From Acidobacteriota bacterium (GTDB taxonomy: Bacteria; Acidobacteriota; Terriglobia; Terriglobales; Acidobacteriaceae), in the NCBI GenBank assembly GCA_003224815.1, contig QHZW01000125.1, positions 4,099 to 42,233 of the forward strand: a DNA stretch of 38,135 nucleotides, written 5' to 3'. Below are positions 16,594-25,772 of this stretch, piece after piece. A model generated the notes under the pieces. That model saw only the letters and a list, made by a program, of their open reading frames with translations, was not told where the DNA came from and did no database searches. Position 1 is the first letter of the stretch. Each line of letters starts with the position of its first letter. The translations under genes were made by a program, and so were the position numbers.

Positions 16594-17835
16594 ATGAAGC
16601 GCATCCGCTACACCAAATACGTTCCCGATCCTGCCGGTGAGATGAGCATGGAAGATCTGCTCAGCGCGCTTTCCGATTATCTATTGCAAAGCGGGTTCCA
16701 GGAATATTTCTCCTACTACGATCAGCCTGAAGGGGAGCAGACACTCGACGAGCTGCGCCGCGCCATCGAGCAGGCACTCATGGGGGGCGACTTGCTGAGC
16801 GACGAAATGCGCGAGCAGTTGCAGCAGATGCAAGCCCAAGGGTCGCTTGAGGAACTCATAGAGCAACTGATCGAGCGCATGCAGCAAGAGGACTACATCA
16901 GCATTGACCAGCCTCACGATCCGGCCAAGCGCTCCAGCGTTGGTGGACAAGTCGGGGACGCGCAGCAGCAGGCGCGTTTTGAAATCACCGACAAGAGCCT
17001 GGATTTTCTCGGCTTCAAGACTCTGCGTGATCTGCTCGGTTCGCTGGGTAAATCGAGCTTCGGGCGCCATGACACGCGTGATCTCGCGACAGGGATCGAA
17101 GCCAGCGGATCATCGAGGCAATACGAGTTCGGCGACACGCTGAACCTTGACATCACTGCGACGCTTTCAAGCGCCATTCAGCGAGAGGGATTGGCGCTGC
17201 CGCTGAATATCGAGTATCGCGATTTGCAAGTGCATCGGTGCGAATACCAATCTTCTTGCGCGACTGTGCTCATGCTGGACTGCTCGCATTCGATGATCCT
17301 GTACGGCGAGGACCGCTTCACGCCTGCCAAAAAAGTCGCAATGGCACTTTCTCATCTGCTGCGCACGCAATATCCGGGCGATTCGCTATCGTTAATCCTG
17401 TTTCACGATTCAGCGGAGGAAATCCCGCTGTCGCAACTGGCACGTGTGAAAGTCGGCCCCTATTACACCAACACACGCGAAGGGCTTCGTTTGGCGCAGC
17501 GCATCCTGCAGAGGCAGCGCAAGGACATGAAGCAGATTGTCATGATCACTGATGGCAAGCCATCGGCCCTGACGCTAGAAGACGGGCGTATTTATAAGAA
17601 TGCCTTCGGACTCGATCCGCTCGTTGTCAGCCAGACGCTCGAAGAAGTTTCGAAGTGCAAACGCGCGGGAGTGATGATTAATACCTTCATGCTGGCGTCG
17701 GACTACGGCTTAGTGCAGTTCGTGCAGAAGGTCACTGAAATGTGCCGTGGCAAGGCCTACTTCACTACTCCTTACACACTCGGGCAATATTTGCTGATGG
17801 ACTACATGTCCAGAAAGACCAAGACGATTCACTGA
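16594..17835 (+). CDS. vWA-domain protein with an intact MIDAS motif and an acidic/Gln-rich N-terminal region
   Basis: MIDAS residues DCSHS and ITDGKPS. Follows the AAA+ gene after a 71-nt gap. Confidence 0.85.
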   Translation: MKRIRYTKYVPDPAGEMSMEDLLSALSDYLLQSGFQEYFSYYDQPEGEQTLDELRRAIEQALMGGDLLSDEMREQLQQMQAQGSLEELIEQLIERMQQEDYISIDQPHDPAKRSSVGGQVGDAQQQARFEITDKSLDFLGFKTLRDLLGSLGKSSFGRHDTRDLATGIEASGSSRQYEFGDTLNLDITATLSSAIQREGLALPLNIEYRDLQVHRCEYQSSCATVLMLDCSHSMILYGEDRFTPAKKVAMALSHLLRTQYPGDSLSLILFHDSAEEIPLSQLARVKVGPYYTNTREGLRLAQRILQRQRKDMKQIVMITDGKPSALTLEDGRIYKNAFGLDPLVVSQTLEEVSKCKRAGVMINTFMLASDYGLVQFVQKVTEMCRGKAYFTTPYTLGQYLLMDYMSRKTKTIH

Positions 17836-17934
17836 TTGCTCGCAGCAATTGCTACGCCGGCGATTCGAACTAAATTTGCTTACCCCAAAGCTTCACACCT
17901 GTGGCAAACTGCTGACTACTCCCCCTGATCATAG

Positions 17935-19392
17935 ATGCCAAAGTGTGCACATTGCGGGCGTCGACTCCCGCTACTTTCATTCCGAAAGCAGACCTGCCAG
18001 TGGTGCGTCCAACACGCGGCGGCGCAGCGCGGAGAAGTAGGCGAAGACGCCATTCAGCAAATCATGCCTGCGCCGTGGGCCCGCGGCGGCATCACTCGGC
18101 CGGTGACGCAGGCGATTTTTGGAATGAATGTTGCCGTATTCCTCGGCATGGTGCTGGCAGGTTCGTCGATTTTGGATCCAACCACCCAGCAACTCATTCA
18201 CTGGGGAGCCAACGCGGGACGCTTAACACTAGCAGGAGAGTGGTGGCGACTAGTCACCAGCATGTTTCTGCACGTCGGCATTGTTCATATCGCGCTGAAC
18301 ATGTGGTGCCTGTGGAGTCTGGGCGCGCTTGCGGAATCGCTGTATGGCCCGTGGATGTTTGGGGCGGTTTACCTGATATCGGGAGTAGGAGGCAGCCTTG
18401 CAAGCGATGCGTGGCGGCCTTATGGCGTAAGCGCCGGCGCTTCGGGCGCGATCTTTGGATTGGCGGGTGCGCTGATTGCATCCTATCGCCTGGGCGAGTT
18501 CTCGGCCCCAAGCACGGTCGTTTCCGGAACATTTCGTTCAATTCTCGCCTTCGCCGGGTACAGCCTGGTTTTGGGCGGGTTCTCGAGCAGAACCGATAAC
18601 GCTGCTCACATCGGCGGTCTGGTTACGGGAGCATTTCTTGGAGCACTGATCGCTCTGGCTACGCCGCATCGGGGCGCGATCGGCGTGCGGATCGGCATTG
18701 TCGCCGTAGGTATCGCCGTTGTTGCAGGCGCAGGTTTCTGGGTGGAACAGGCGCACGGCCTTGAAATGCGCGTTGACAAGGCGAATGACCTGCTTAGACG
18801 AAACCAACCCGATCAGGCAATCATGGAGTTGCAGAAGATAGTTCAACGCAATCCACGGCTGGTGAGCGCTCATTTTGGGCTAGCGCACGCTTACTTCATT
18901 ATGAGGAGATACCCGGAGGCAGAAGCCGAGTTGAAACGGGTCGTGAATATTGCTCATGACAATGGAGAAGCAATTTACGAACTTGGAATGACTTACCTCA
19001 ATGAGAACCGGCTGGCAGACGCGAAGACGCTCTTTGAAGGCTGGATTGCACGCGCTCCGAAAGTTGTGGACGCGCATTATGGCCTAGGCGTGACGCTCCG
19101 CAATGCGGGCGACTGTGAGGCTGCGATTCACGAGTACAACACTGCCCTGCAGTTAGCTCCGCAGGCTGAGGGTGTCTATTACGAGATTGGCAAATGTTAC
19201 AACCGGCTAAAACAGTGGGACGCCGCAATCGAGTCGTTCACAAACGAGCAGAAGTTAAACGGCGATGATGAGGATATCGAGACAGGCCTCGCTGAGGCGT
19301 ACACGGCAAAGGGTCTCGCGATCAAAGCAAACGATGCCAAGCACAAGGCGGAACAGCTGGCAAAGAATGCCGGACAGGAGTCCGACGACTGA
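17935..19392 (+). CDS. Rhomboid-family intramembrane serine protease with an N-terminal zinc ribbon and C-terminal TPR repeats
   Basis: CAHCGRR...CQWC; WRLVTSMFLHVGIVHIALNM; catalytic GASGAIFG and AHIGGLVTG. TPR-like repeats in the last ~200 aa. Confidence 0.9.
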   Translation: MPKCAHCGRRLPLLSFRKQTCQWCVQHAAAQRGEVGEDAIQQIMPAPWARGGITRPVTQAIFGMNVAVFLGMVLAGSSILDPTTQQLIHWGANAGRLTLAGEWWRLVTSMFLHVGIVHIALNMWCLWSLGALAESLYGPWMFGAVYLISGVGGSLASDAWRPYGVSAGASGAIFGLAGALIASYRLGEFSAPSTVVSGTFRSILAFAGYSLVLGGFSSRTDNAAHIGGLVTGAFLGALIALATPHRGAIGVRIGIVAVGIAVVAGAGFWVEQAHGLEMRVDKANDLLRRNQPDQAIMELQKIVQRNPRLVSAHFGLAHAYFIMRRYPEAEAELKRVVNIAHDNGEAIYELGMTYLNENRLADAKTLFEGWIARAPKVVDAHYGLGVTLRNAGDCEAAIHEYNTALQLAPQAEGVYYEIGKCYNRLKQWDAAIESFTNEQKLNGDDEDIETGLAEAYTAKGLAIKANDAKHKAEQLAKNAGQESDD

Positions 19393-19422
19393 AGCCGAAG
19401 CCGCGATAAACCGCAAACTACT

Positions 19423-21384
19423 CTACGATTTTGTGAGCTCCTGCACGGCCCTCCAGGCCTGGTCCATCGCACCATCCGTATAGGCGTAAGCGCCGGCATC
19501 AGCATTGGCGATTGCGATTTTTCCAAAGGGCTTGCGTGCTACTTCGCATGGAGTCTCGCCGCCTTCAAGCCAGAACTTGTCCCAGAGCGAGTTGTATTCG
19601 TACGCGTAACCATGAGGCCAGCGGTTCACAGTGATCTCAGCGATGTCGCGAGCCGGGTCAAAGCCCCCAGCGCTGAGTGTGCGCGCCAGTTGGTCGCGAA
19701 TCTTGCGCTCGATGGTTTCGAAATCGGTGGTGAACAGCTCAATTCGTCCGATGCGATGCTGGTCGCGGGCCGAAAGCCCAGGCTTACATGGCGTTTTCAT
19801 CATGTGAATCACGATGGGTTCATCGGGAGATTTGGCGCATTGATAATCGCCGATGCTCACGGGCAGATCGAGCGTAAACGCCGAGTGGTAGCAGCCGGGC
19901 GCGTACACCGAACTCACACCCAGCTTTTTGAATGACGTCCAATTACGAAGCACCACGTTGGTATAGAGGAGCGGAACTTTGGCAGCCGAACTCAGCGCCT
20001 GTTTTTGGGTATCGGGCAGTTCGGCACAGATGTAGGGAATGACCATGTTCCAGCAAGCAAGCACAGCGTGCGGAGCGCGCACGGTGTAGAGCCTTCCGAA
20101 CCGCGAATAGGTGAGTTCAACTTGCTTCGAATTGCTACTCTCGCCAACGTGGCGAACGCGTACCGCAGTGCTGTTCAGCCGGATGCGCACCGGCGAGGAC
20201 TCGTCGTCGAGTTTCGCGTAGTTTGCGCGCGCTGTTATAACGTCAGTGGCGGAAGATCCTGGAATCGCATCTGGAATGAGCCGGCGCACCAGTAGCCGCG
20301 CGATGGATGCATTGCCGTCGGGAAAATGAAAGAAGTATTTCTCCGCCTCTTCGTTGGCAATGCAATCGCGGTTCATTCCCTTCCCTGGACCGGCGGCCAA
20401 GTTCAAACCGGCGAAGCCGAGAAAGCCAAGACCCCATGCGTCCTGGGCGGCGATGGCGTCTGTACCGACACCGAACAATCCATGTGGAGCGGCCTGATAC
20501 AGCTTCACGATCTCAGGACTGACTCCCACAGTTTGGGTCAGGTAATCCGCATAGCTGATTCTTGCGAGCTTTGCTTTCTTCTCGTCCGACGTTAGTCCAG
20601 GAAAATAATCCTTGCGGTCATGCCGAAGCACTTCCAAATCCTGCTTGGCGGCGGCTGAAAGCGGAGCAGCGTCCAGAAAACGCTTCCAAGCATCGGTGGA
20701 GTTCGTGAAGCTCGACTCACCTGTTTCGCCCGATTCGAACGGAGTTGCTCCGGGTACCAGGACATCGCTGCCAAAGGTTTGCTTGTCGAAAAACACGCTA
20801 GGCAGAAGCCCCTCGGAGCGATAAAAGCCTTTGGAAAAATATTTTGGGAAAGCGCTTACATCAATCCCCAATTCTTCGACCAGCGCTTTGGCCACAGGAC
20901 TATAGGGCGCAGGGCTCTCAATGGAAAATGTGCCACCGAAGGCCAGGCGTTTGTATCCGCCAACCTCAAATTCGTTTCGCTTGGCGTGGCCGCCGAAGTC
21001 GTCGTGGTTCTCGATAATCAGAATGCGCGCATTAGAATTTTGCTTACGATAGAAATGCGCGGCAGAGAGACCGCTGATCCCGCCGCCGACGATGATGAGA
21101 TCAAATTTCTCTCCAGTCTCAATCGGCGTCGGGGCTGCCTTCCAAAAATCTCCGTCGCGCAGGGTGTGAGCAGCTTCAAAGGAACCGATATGGCTGCCAC
21201 GAAGCCCGGTAAGTATCGGCGGATAATAGTCAGCTGCTTTCTCGGGATCTTTTTCGTTTGCGAGAGCCGCGATTACGTGAGGAGGAACAAGAGATGCGCC
21301 GGTGGTGATCGCGACGCCATTTAGAAAATCGCGGCGAGTCATGCCACGATCCATTCCCAGTTCTTTATCGTTTGAGTCTGCCAT
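19423..21384 (-). CDS. Tat-exported FAD-dependent amine-oxidase-like oxidoreductase (spermidine-dehydrogenase-like)
   Basis: Twin-arginine motif TRRDFLNG; dinucleotide fold DLIIVGGGISGLSAA; IENHDDFGGHAKRNEF. Confidence 0.75.
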   Translation of the reverse strand: MADSNDKELGMDRGMTRRDFLNGVAITTGASLVPPHVIAALANEKDPEKAADYYPPILTGLRGSHIGSFEAAHTLRDGDFWKAAPTPIETGEKFDLIIVGGGISGLSAAHFYRKQNSNARILIIENHDDFGGHAKRNEFEVGGYKRLAFGGTFSIESPAPYSPVAKALVEELGIDVSAFPKYFSKGFYRSEGLLPSVFFDKQTFGSDVLVPGATPFESGETGESSFTNSTDAWKRFLDAAPLSAAAKQDLEVLRHDRKDYFPGLTSDEKKAKLARISYADYLTQTVGVSPEIVKLYQAAPHGLFGVGTDAIAAQDAWGLGFLGFAGLNLAAGPGKGMNRDCIANEEAEKYFFHFPDGNASIARLLVRRLIPDAIPGSSATDVITARANYAKLDDESSPVRIRLNSTAVRVRHVGESSNSKQVELTYSRFGRLYTVRAPHAVLACWNMVIPYICAELPDTQKQALSSAAKVPLLYTNVVLRNWTSFKKLGVSSVYAPGCYHSAFTLDLPVSIGDYQCAKSPDEPIVIHMMKTPCKPGLSARDQHRIGRIELFTTDFETIERKIRDQLARTLSAGGFDPARDIAEITVNRWPHGYAYEYNSLWDKFWLEGGETPCEVARKPFGKIAIANADAGAYAYTDGAMDQAWRAVQELTKS

Positions 21385-21446
21385 GAGAACTTCCCGGTCT
21401 CGTTCCTAATTCGCCTTCCAGCACGACGAAGGAACTGGACTGCGCC

Positions 21447-21695
21447 TCAGAGCTTGGGCGTTTGCGACTCGTCAGCTTTGCGGACCGCAATTTCCGCACC
21501 TTGAAAGCCAATCTTGCTATGAGTTCCATCGCAAAAGGGCTTGTTGACCGAACCACCACAACGGCAAAGCGAGAAGGCCGGCTTGCCTGTCAAATCGTAT
21601 TTATTGCCGTCGGCATCAACCAGTTCGATCGTTCCTTCAGGGGCTTCGACGCGATAAGGGCCATTTTTACGGACAGTGATTTTGACTGAAGCCAT
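21447..21695 (-). CDS. CDGSH-type iron-sulfur domain protein
   Basis: CRCGGSVNKPFCDGTHSKIGF. ATG at 21695 is preceded by a GGAGGA SD; the ORF-track start at 21719 is less likely. Confidence 0.85.
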   Translation of the reverse strand: MASVKITVRKNGPYRVEAPEGTIELVDADGNKYDLTGKPAFSLCRCGGSVNKPFCDGTHSKIGFQGAEIAVRKADESQTPKL

Positions 21696-21767
21696 GATTC
21701 CTCCACAGTTATAAGGCAAGTTAGAAAGATATCAGTTTCAGAGGAGCACGTGTTACCGATGGTGATG

Positions 21768-22805
21768 CTAAGCAGCAAACGCTTTGCGGGAGAGAACAGC
21801 GTGGTAAAGCTGAATATAGTTGTCCGTCATGCGGTGAGCATTGAAGCACTCGCGTGCGCGCTGAAACGCCCGATTAGCGAAGTTGCGCCGGAGTTGCGGA
21901 TCGCTGCTCACCATACGAACAGCGTCAGCCAGGCTTGCCGGATCATTGGTCTCGAGAACCGACATCCCAAAAGGCTCATATCGCGATGTGCCGGCGTATA
22001 TCGCGGCTTTGCTGTAAAGCATTCGCAACTGTGACTCCGATTGCGGCCCACGCAGCGCGACGCCTGTGACTCCATCGCTGAAGCGTACGTCGGCGCGGAC
22101 TGGCACCTTTGAACTCTGTTCGCTGGTGGGGTCCTCACCCACAATGCAAATGGGCACCGGGTGCAGTTCCTGCGTCAGCAAGTTGACCTGCTTCGCGGGG
22201 TCGAGCAGCCGACCGATTGCAAGCACACCGTCTTCTTTGGTGACGTAAGGATTGAAGAAAATCGGATTGCGTCCGTTATGGATTACGAGTTCGCGCGTGC
22301 CGCCGGAGTAAGCGGAGCGAATTGAGTTCAACATCCACTCGCTGGGTGCTACGACCGCAGAGGCGCCAGCGAGACCGTGCGCAAGTGTCCGCTTGTACCA
22401 GCGCAGCCATGCAGTGTCCTTCGGTTCACGTCCATGGACCGACTTCCACCACGTGATCAAGTCTCCTTGCGCAACCACTACGCGTGGAATGTTCATAGGC
22501 AGCGCGCCGTAGCCGATATGGTTCGAATGGAAAACGTCCGCCTTGATTTCTTTGGCGAGGGAACAAAGATAGGCCGACGCATCCTCAAAATCGTGCTGGC
22601 CTTCCTCCATCCAGTCCAAACGAAAAGCGGTTGGATGGTAGGCAAGTCCATGCAACCGATCCATCCACGCAGTCTGTTCTGGAAGGGGTATCTCGCCGAA
22701 GCTGACCAGCGTGACGCGCAGACCACGTGTGATCAGTCCCGACACCAATTCCCGTGTGTAGGTCCAGTTCCCGTTCAGCGTGTCGGATGTAATGAGAACA
22801 TGCAT
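21768..22805 (-). CDS. Glycosyltransferase family 4-like protein, apparently lacking a segment after the EX7E motif
   Basis: GT-B/GT4 layout. EX7E motif EPFGMSVLE, followed directly by the NDPASLADAV...DPQLRR tail. Confidence 0.75.
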   Translation of the reverse strand: MHVLITSDTLNGNWTYTRELVSGLITRGLRVTLVSFGEIPLPEQTAWMDRLHGLAYHPTAFRLDWMEEGQHDFEDASAYLCSLAKEIKADVFHSNHIGYGALPMNIPRVVVAQGDLITWWKSVHGREPKDTAWLRWYKRTLAHGLAGASAVVAPSEWMLNSIRSAYSGGTRELVIHNGRNPIFFNPYVTKEDGVLAIGRLLDPAKQVNLLTQELHPVPICIVGEDPTSEQSSKVPVRADVRFSDGVTGVALRGPQSESQLRMLYSKAAIYAGTSRYEPFGMSVLETNDPASLADAVRMVSSDPQLRRNFANRAFQRARECFNAHRMTDNYIQLYHAVLSRKAFAA

Positions 22806-22985
22806 AAAACCCGGTACCGGCCTTCAGCTCTTACCAGAGACTCGAATGCATCATCATTCTAGTTTGGATGCCGATTTTCACGAATCTTTTTCTAAGACAA
22901 GTGTGGCAGCGCAGCAAACAGGCCGTCAATTCAGGGAGATACGCGCAACCAGTTGCACCATTTCTGCGAAGCTCTGCACATCCGA

Positions 22986-22991
22986 TACAAT
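22986..22991 (+). promoter_or_regulatory. TACAAT -10-like hexamer 6 nt upstream of the PIG-L ATG (leaderless mRNA candidate)
   Basis: TACAAT at 22986-22991, ATG at 22998, no SD in between. TTCTGC lies 18 nt upstream as a weak -35. Confidence 0.2.
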
Positions 22992-22997
22992 TTCGCC

Positions 22998-23741
22998 ATG
23001 TTTCGGCTCATGTGCATCACTGCCCATCCCGACGACGAAGCAGGCAGTTTCGGCGGATCGTTGCGCACCTACGCGGATCGTGGAGTGGAGACCAGCGTCG
23101 TCTGCCTCACTCCGGGACAGGCGGGATCTCATCGCGCCGGCGCAGCAAATGATCAGGAGCTAGCGGAATTGCGCAAGAAGGAGTTCGCGGCATCATGCGC
23201 GATTTTGCGAGTGGCGAAGCCTGTGGTTCTGGACTATGCCGACGGACAGCTCTATCGCCAGGAACTGAATCGTGTTGTGTACGAACTTGTATCGCAAATC
23301 CGCAAATTTCGGCCTCAGGTCATACTCACGTACGGCTCGGATGGGGGCGTCACCGGACATCCCGATCACTCGATGGCAGGAATTTTTGCGACGCTGGCAT
23401 TTCAGTGGGCAGGAAGATCGAATCGCTACACGGATCAATTCGAGTCTGGCCTGCAACCCAACCGTGGGCAGAAGCTCTACTACAGCACTGCTGATTTCGT
23501 TTTACCCGGACGTCAGCCCGTCACCTTCGCTCCCGCGACTGCCGCGATTGAGATTGGTGCTGTCCTTGAAGCCAAGGTAGCAGCGTTCAAGGCGCACATC
23601 ACCCAACAACCGCTGTGGTCGGTGTTCGAAGGAAATGTCCGCAAGCGTGGGCCGCAAGAAACATTTCACCTGGCGGCAGCAGTCAAGCAGCCGCCGCTGG
23701 AAATGGAAACTGATCTCTTCGCCGGGATCGCGGAAGACTGA
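22998..23741 (+). CDS. PIG-L/LmbE-family N-acetylglucosaminyl deacetylase
   Basis: MCITAHPDDEAGSFGG and HPDH motifs. ATG at 22998 preferred over TTG at 22953. Confidence 0.85.
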   Translation: MFRLMCITAHPDDEAGSFGGSLRTYADRGVETSVVCLTPGQAGSHRAGAANDQELAELRKKEFAASCAILRVAKPVVLDYADGQLYRQELNRVVYELVSQIRKFRPQVILTYGSDGGVTGHPDHSMAGIFATLAFQWAGRSNRYTDQFESGLQPNRGQKLYYSTADFVLPGRQPVTFAPATAAIEIGAVLEAKVAAFKAHITQQPLWSVFEGNVRKRGPQETFHLAAAVKQPPLEMETDLFAGIAED

Positions 23742-23745
23742 CGCC

Positions 23746-25626
23746 TCAGCGCGGCCGAACGATGTCAGTCAGCATGTCGGGCTTCGATTCATCTCGAACC
23801 AGGTGCGGGTACTTCTCGCCTCCGTGGTAATCAAGGTTGAAGGTTCGGACATAGTCTGTGTTTTCGACGATTAGCTGCAAGGGCTCTTTCGAATTCTTAC
23901 CTGCGGTGAGCGCATCGCGAAAAACCTGAATGGTGAAGCGGCGTCCATTCACGGCGATGATTTTCATGCCCGCCCCGATTCCAGCGCGGGCTGCGGGCAG
24001 GCCTTCAATCGTGTCTTCGATGACACCGTCTTCTGCCGCAAGCAAGCCAACAGAATAAGAGGCATTCACGCCTCGGCGCTCGTCCTCCCAGGCACGCAAC
24101 ATGTCTGAGCGGCTTTCGTCGTAGACAAGTTTCCATCCGGCATTTTCTATTCCTCCAAGCGGCGCGCCGGGACCGTGATTGGCTAGGCGCTCGGCCCAGA
24201 AGCCGCGCCAATCATAGGCGACAACCTGATTGAGGGTGCTCACCACATCGTCAAAGTTGTACGTTTTTACCGTTGGAGCAGTATGCGGACCGCCATGGAA
24301 GATTTTGCAGAAATCGTCAATCGACTTCTTGCCATTCGATTGGCGCCGGATGATGCTGTCAGCCCAGAGCCAATCAAGCTCGCCCTCATCGTAGTAATCG
24401 GTGTCGCGACGCCAGGAATCCCACTGGTGGGGCGCGTAATAGAGTTGCGCGGCGGAGTCGGCGGTGTCTTGCAGGTTGCGCCAGGTTCTTCCTGAACGAT
24501 GGTCCATGTAAGCGGCAACCGCAGAGAGATTTTGCCGGTACTGATCCGCATCCCACAATCCGCTGCGCGCCGCAAGCACGTCCCCAAGGTATTCCGTCAA
24601 TCCTTCATATACCCAGAGGAGATCGTCCTGCATGATTTGCTGATAGTCCGACGTAGTCAGGTCTGCCGGTCGCCGATATTTGCCGTTCCACGAATGCACA
24701 TATTCGTGAGTCAGCAGTGAGGCGTGCAGCATTCTCAGCTGAGGATCGACCATGGTGCGCTCATAGGTACGACTGTCGTTGGATTCATGATGTTCTAATC
24801 CAAAATGTGCAACGTAGTCGCTCAGCGTAAACAAAAAGTGGTAGTCACGATAGTGAGTTGTGCCGAACAAAGCGAGCGCCTGCTTAGGCACATTCTGATA
24901 ATGCTCCCAAAGCTCGGGCGGAGCCTGAAGCGCGGCAGGACTATCGGCCGCAATGTCCATTTCCGCAGGAAATTCCTGTCCTGGATTCATCGGAAAAAGT
25001 TTGAAGTACTGGCCAGTGATGATCGGCGAATCCACCAAAGTGTAGAGCGAAACTGGCTCGAATTGGACTTCATCTCCTGTGTGCGAGGCCACCTGCAAAG
25101 CGGTCCCAAACTTCCAACCTGAGGGGAAGCGCACGGAAGGAGAATAAGTGATCTGGTCGGAAGTCCAGCCCTTCGGGTAAAGTACTACCTGATTCCAACT
25201 GATGATTGCGAGCTTGTCCGTAGCTGATGCGCCAGATGAGAACAAAGTGTTGTCTTCAGGCGTGGCACACACGAAATCAAGACTGGCGTGAACCTCGTTG
25301 ACACCGCCTGGAACTTCGACGTTTACGGTCCAGTTGTCGTCGAGGGCGCGCCGCCAATTCAGCAAGTGACCGTTGCCGGTGAATTTCAGCCCCGTAACGT
25401 CGATGACCGGCCCACTCGGCGCGTGCTCGCCAGGAATCCACTTCGGATAATAAAGAGTAAGAGTTCCTGAACTCGCCGGGATGGTCAATTGAGCATGAAA
25501 TATTTTTCTCGGAGCGTCGGTTGCATCCACAGCAATGGTCAGGTGCGGCGCGACGGCTGCCATTGAAATTACGCAGATCGTCAGCATCGAAGACACCACA
25601 CCGAAAACATACCGTGCAAAGGTCAC
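23746..25626 (-). CDS. M61-family (glycyl aminopeptidase-like) zinc metallopeptidase with a C-terminal PDZ domain; secreted
   Basis: Signal/TM N-terminus, HEYVHSWNGK zinc motif, PDZ-like GLPAARAGIGAGMKIIAVNG. Confidence 0.85.
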   Translation of the reverse strand: MTFARYVFGVVSSMLTICVISMAAVAPHLTIAVDATDAPRKIFHAQLTIPASSGTLTLYYPKWIPGEHAPSGPVIDVTGLKFTGNGHLLNWRRALDDNWTVNVEVPGGVNEVHASLDFVCATPEDNTLFSSGASATDKLAIISWNQVVLYPKGWTSDQITYSPSVRFPSGWKFGTALQVASHTGDEVQFEPVSLYTLVDSPIITGQYFKLFPMNPGQEFPAEMDIAADSPAALQAPPELWEHYQNVPKQALALFGTTHYRDYHFLFTLSDYVAHFGLEHHESNDSRTYERTMVDPQLRMLHASLLTHEYVHSWNGKYRRPADLTTSDYQQIMQDDLLWVYEGLTEYLGDVLAARSGLWDADQYRQNLSAVAAYMDHRSGRTWRNLQDTADSAAQLYYAPHQWDSWRRDTDYYDEGELDWLWADSIIRRQSNGKKSIDDFCKIFHGGPHTAPTVKTYNFDDVVSTLNQVVAYDWRGFWAERLANHGPGAPLGGIENAGWKLVYDESRSDMLRAWEDERRGVNASYSVGLLAAEDGVIEDTIEGLPAARAGIGAGMKIIAVNGRRFTIQVFRDALTAGKNSKEPLQLIVENTDYVRTFNLDYHGGEKYPHLVRDESKPDMLTDIVRPR

Positions 25627-25772
25627 GAGGTGCTCCTTGAGTTCAGAGGCAAAAGTTGGTGAGGCAAACGTTTGAATATAGCAGTGAGAAGGCGATTCGT
25701 CACCCCGTCGCGCGTTGCGCCGGAGCGAGCGGCGCCTGAATCGAGAAGGTCTCGGCTGCTATCATCGTCACC

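Noticed and set aside
21951-21956. CTCGAG (XhoI) palindrome exactly at the putative GT4 deletion junction, as a hint of engineering
   Set aside because: A single 6-bp site encoding Leu-Glu of the conserved EX7E motif is expected by chance. There are no other vector or scar signatures.
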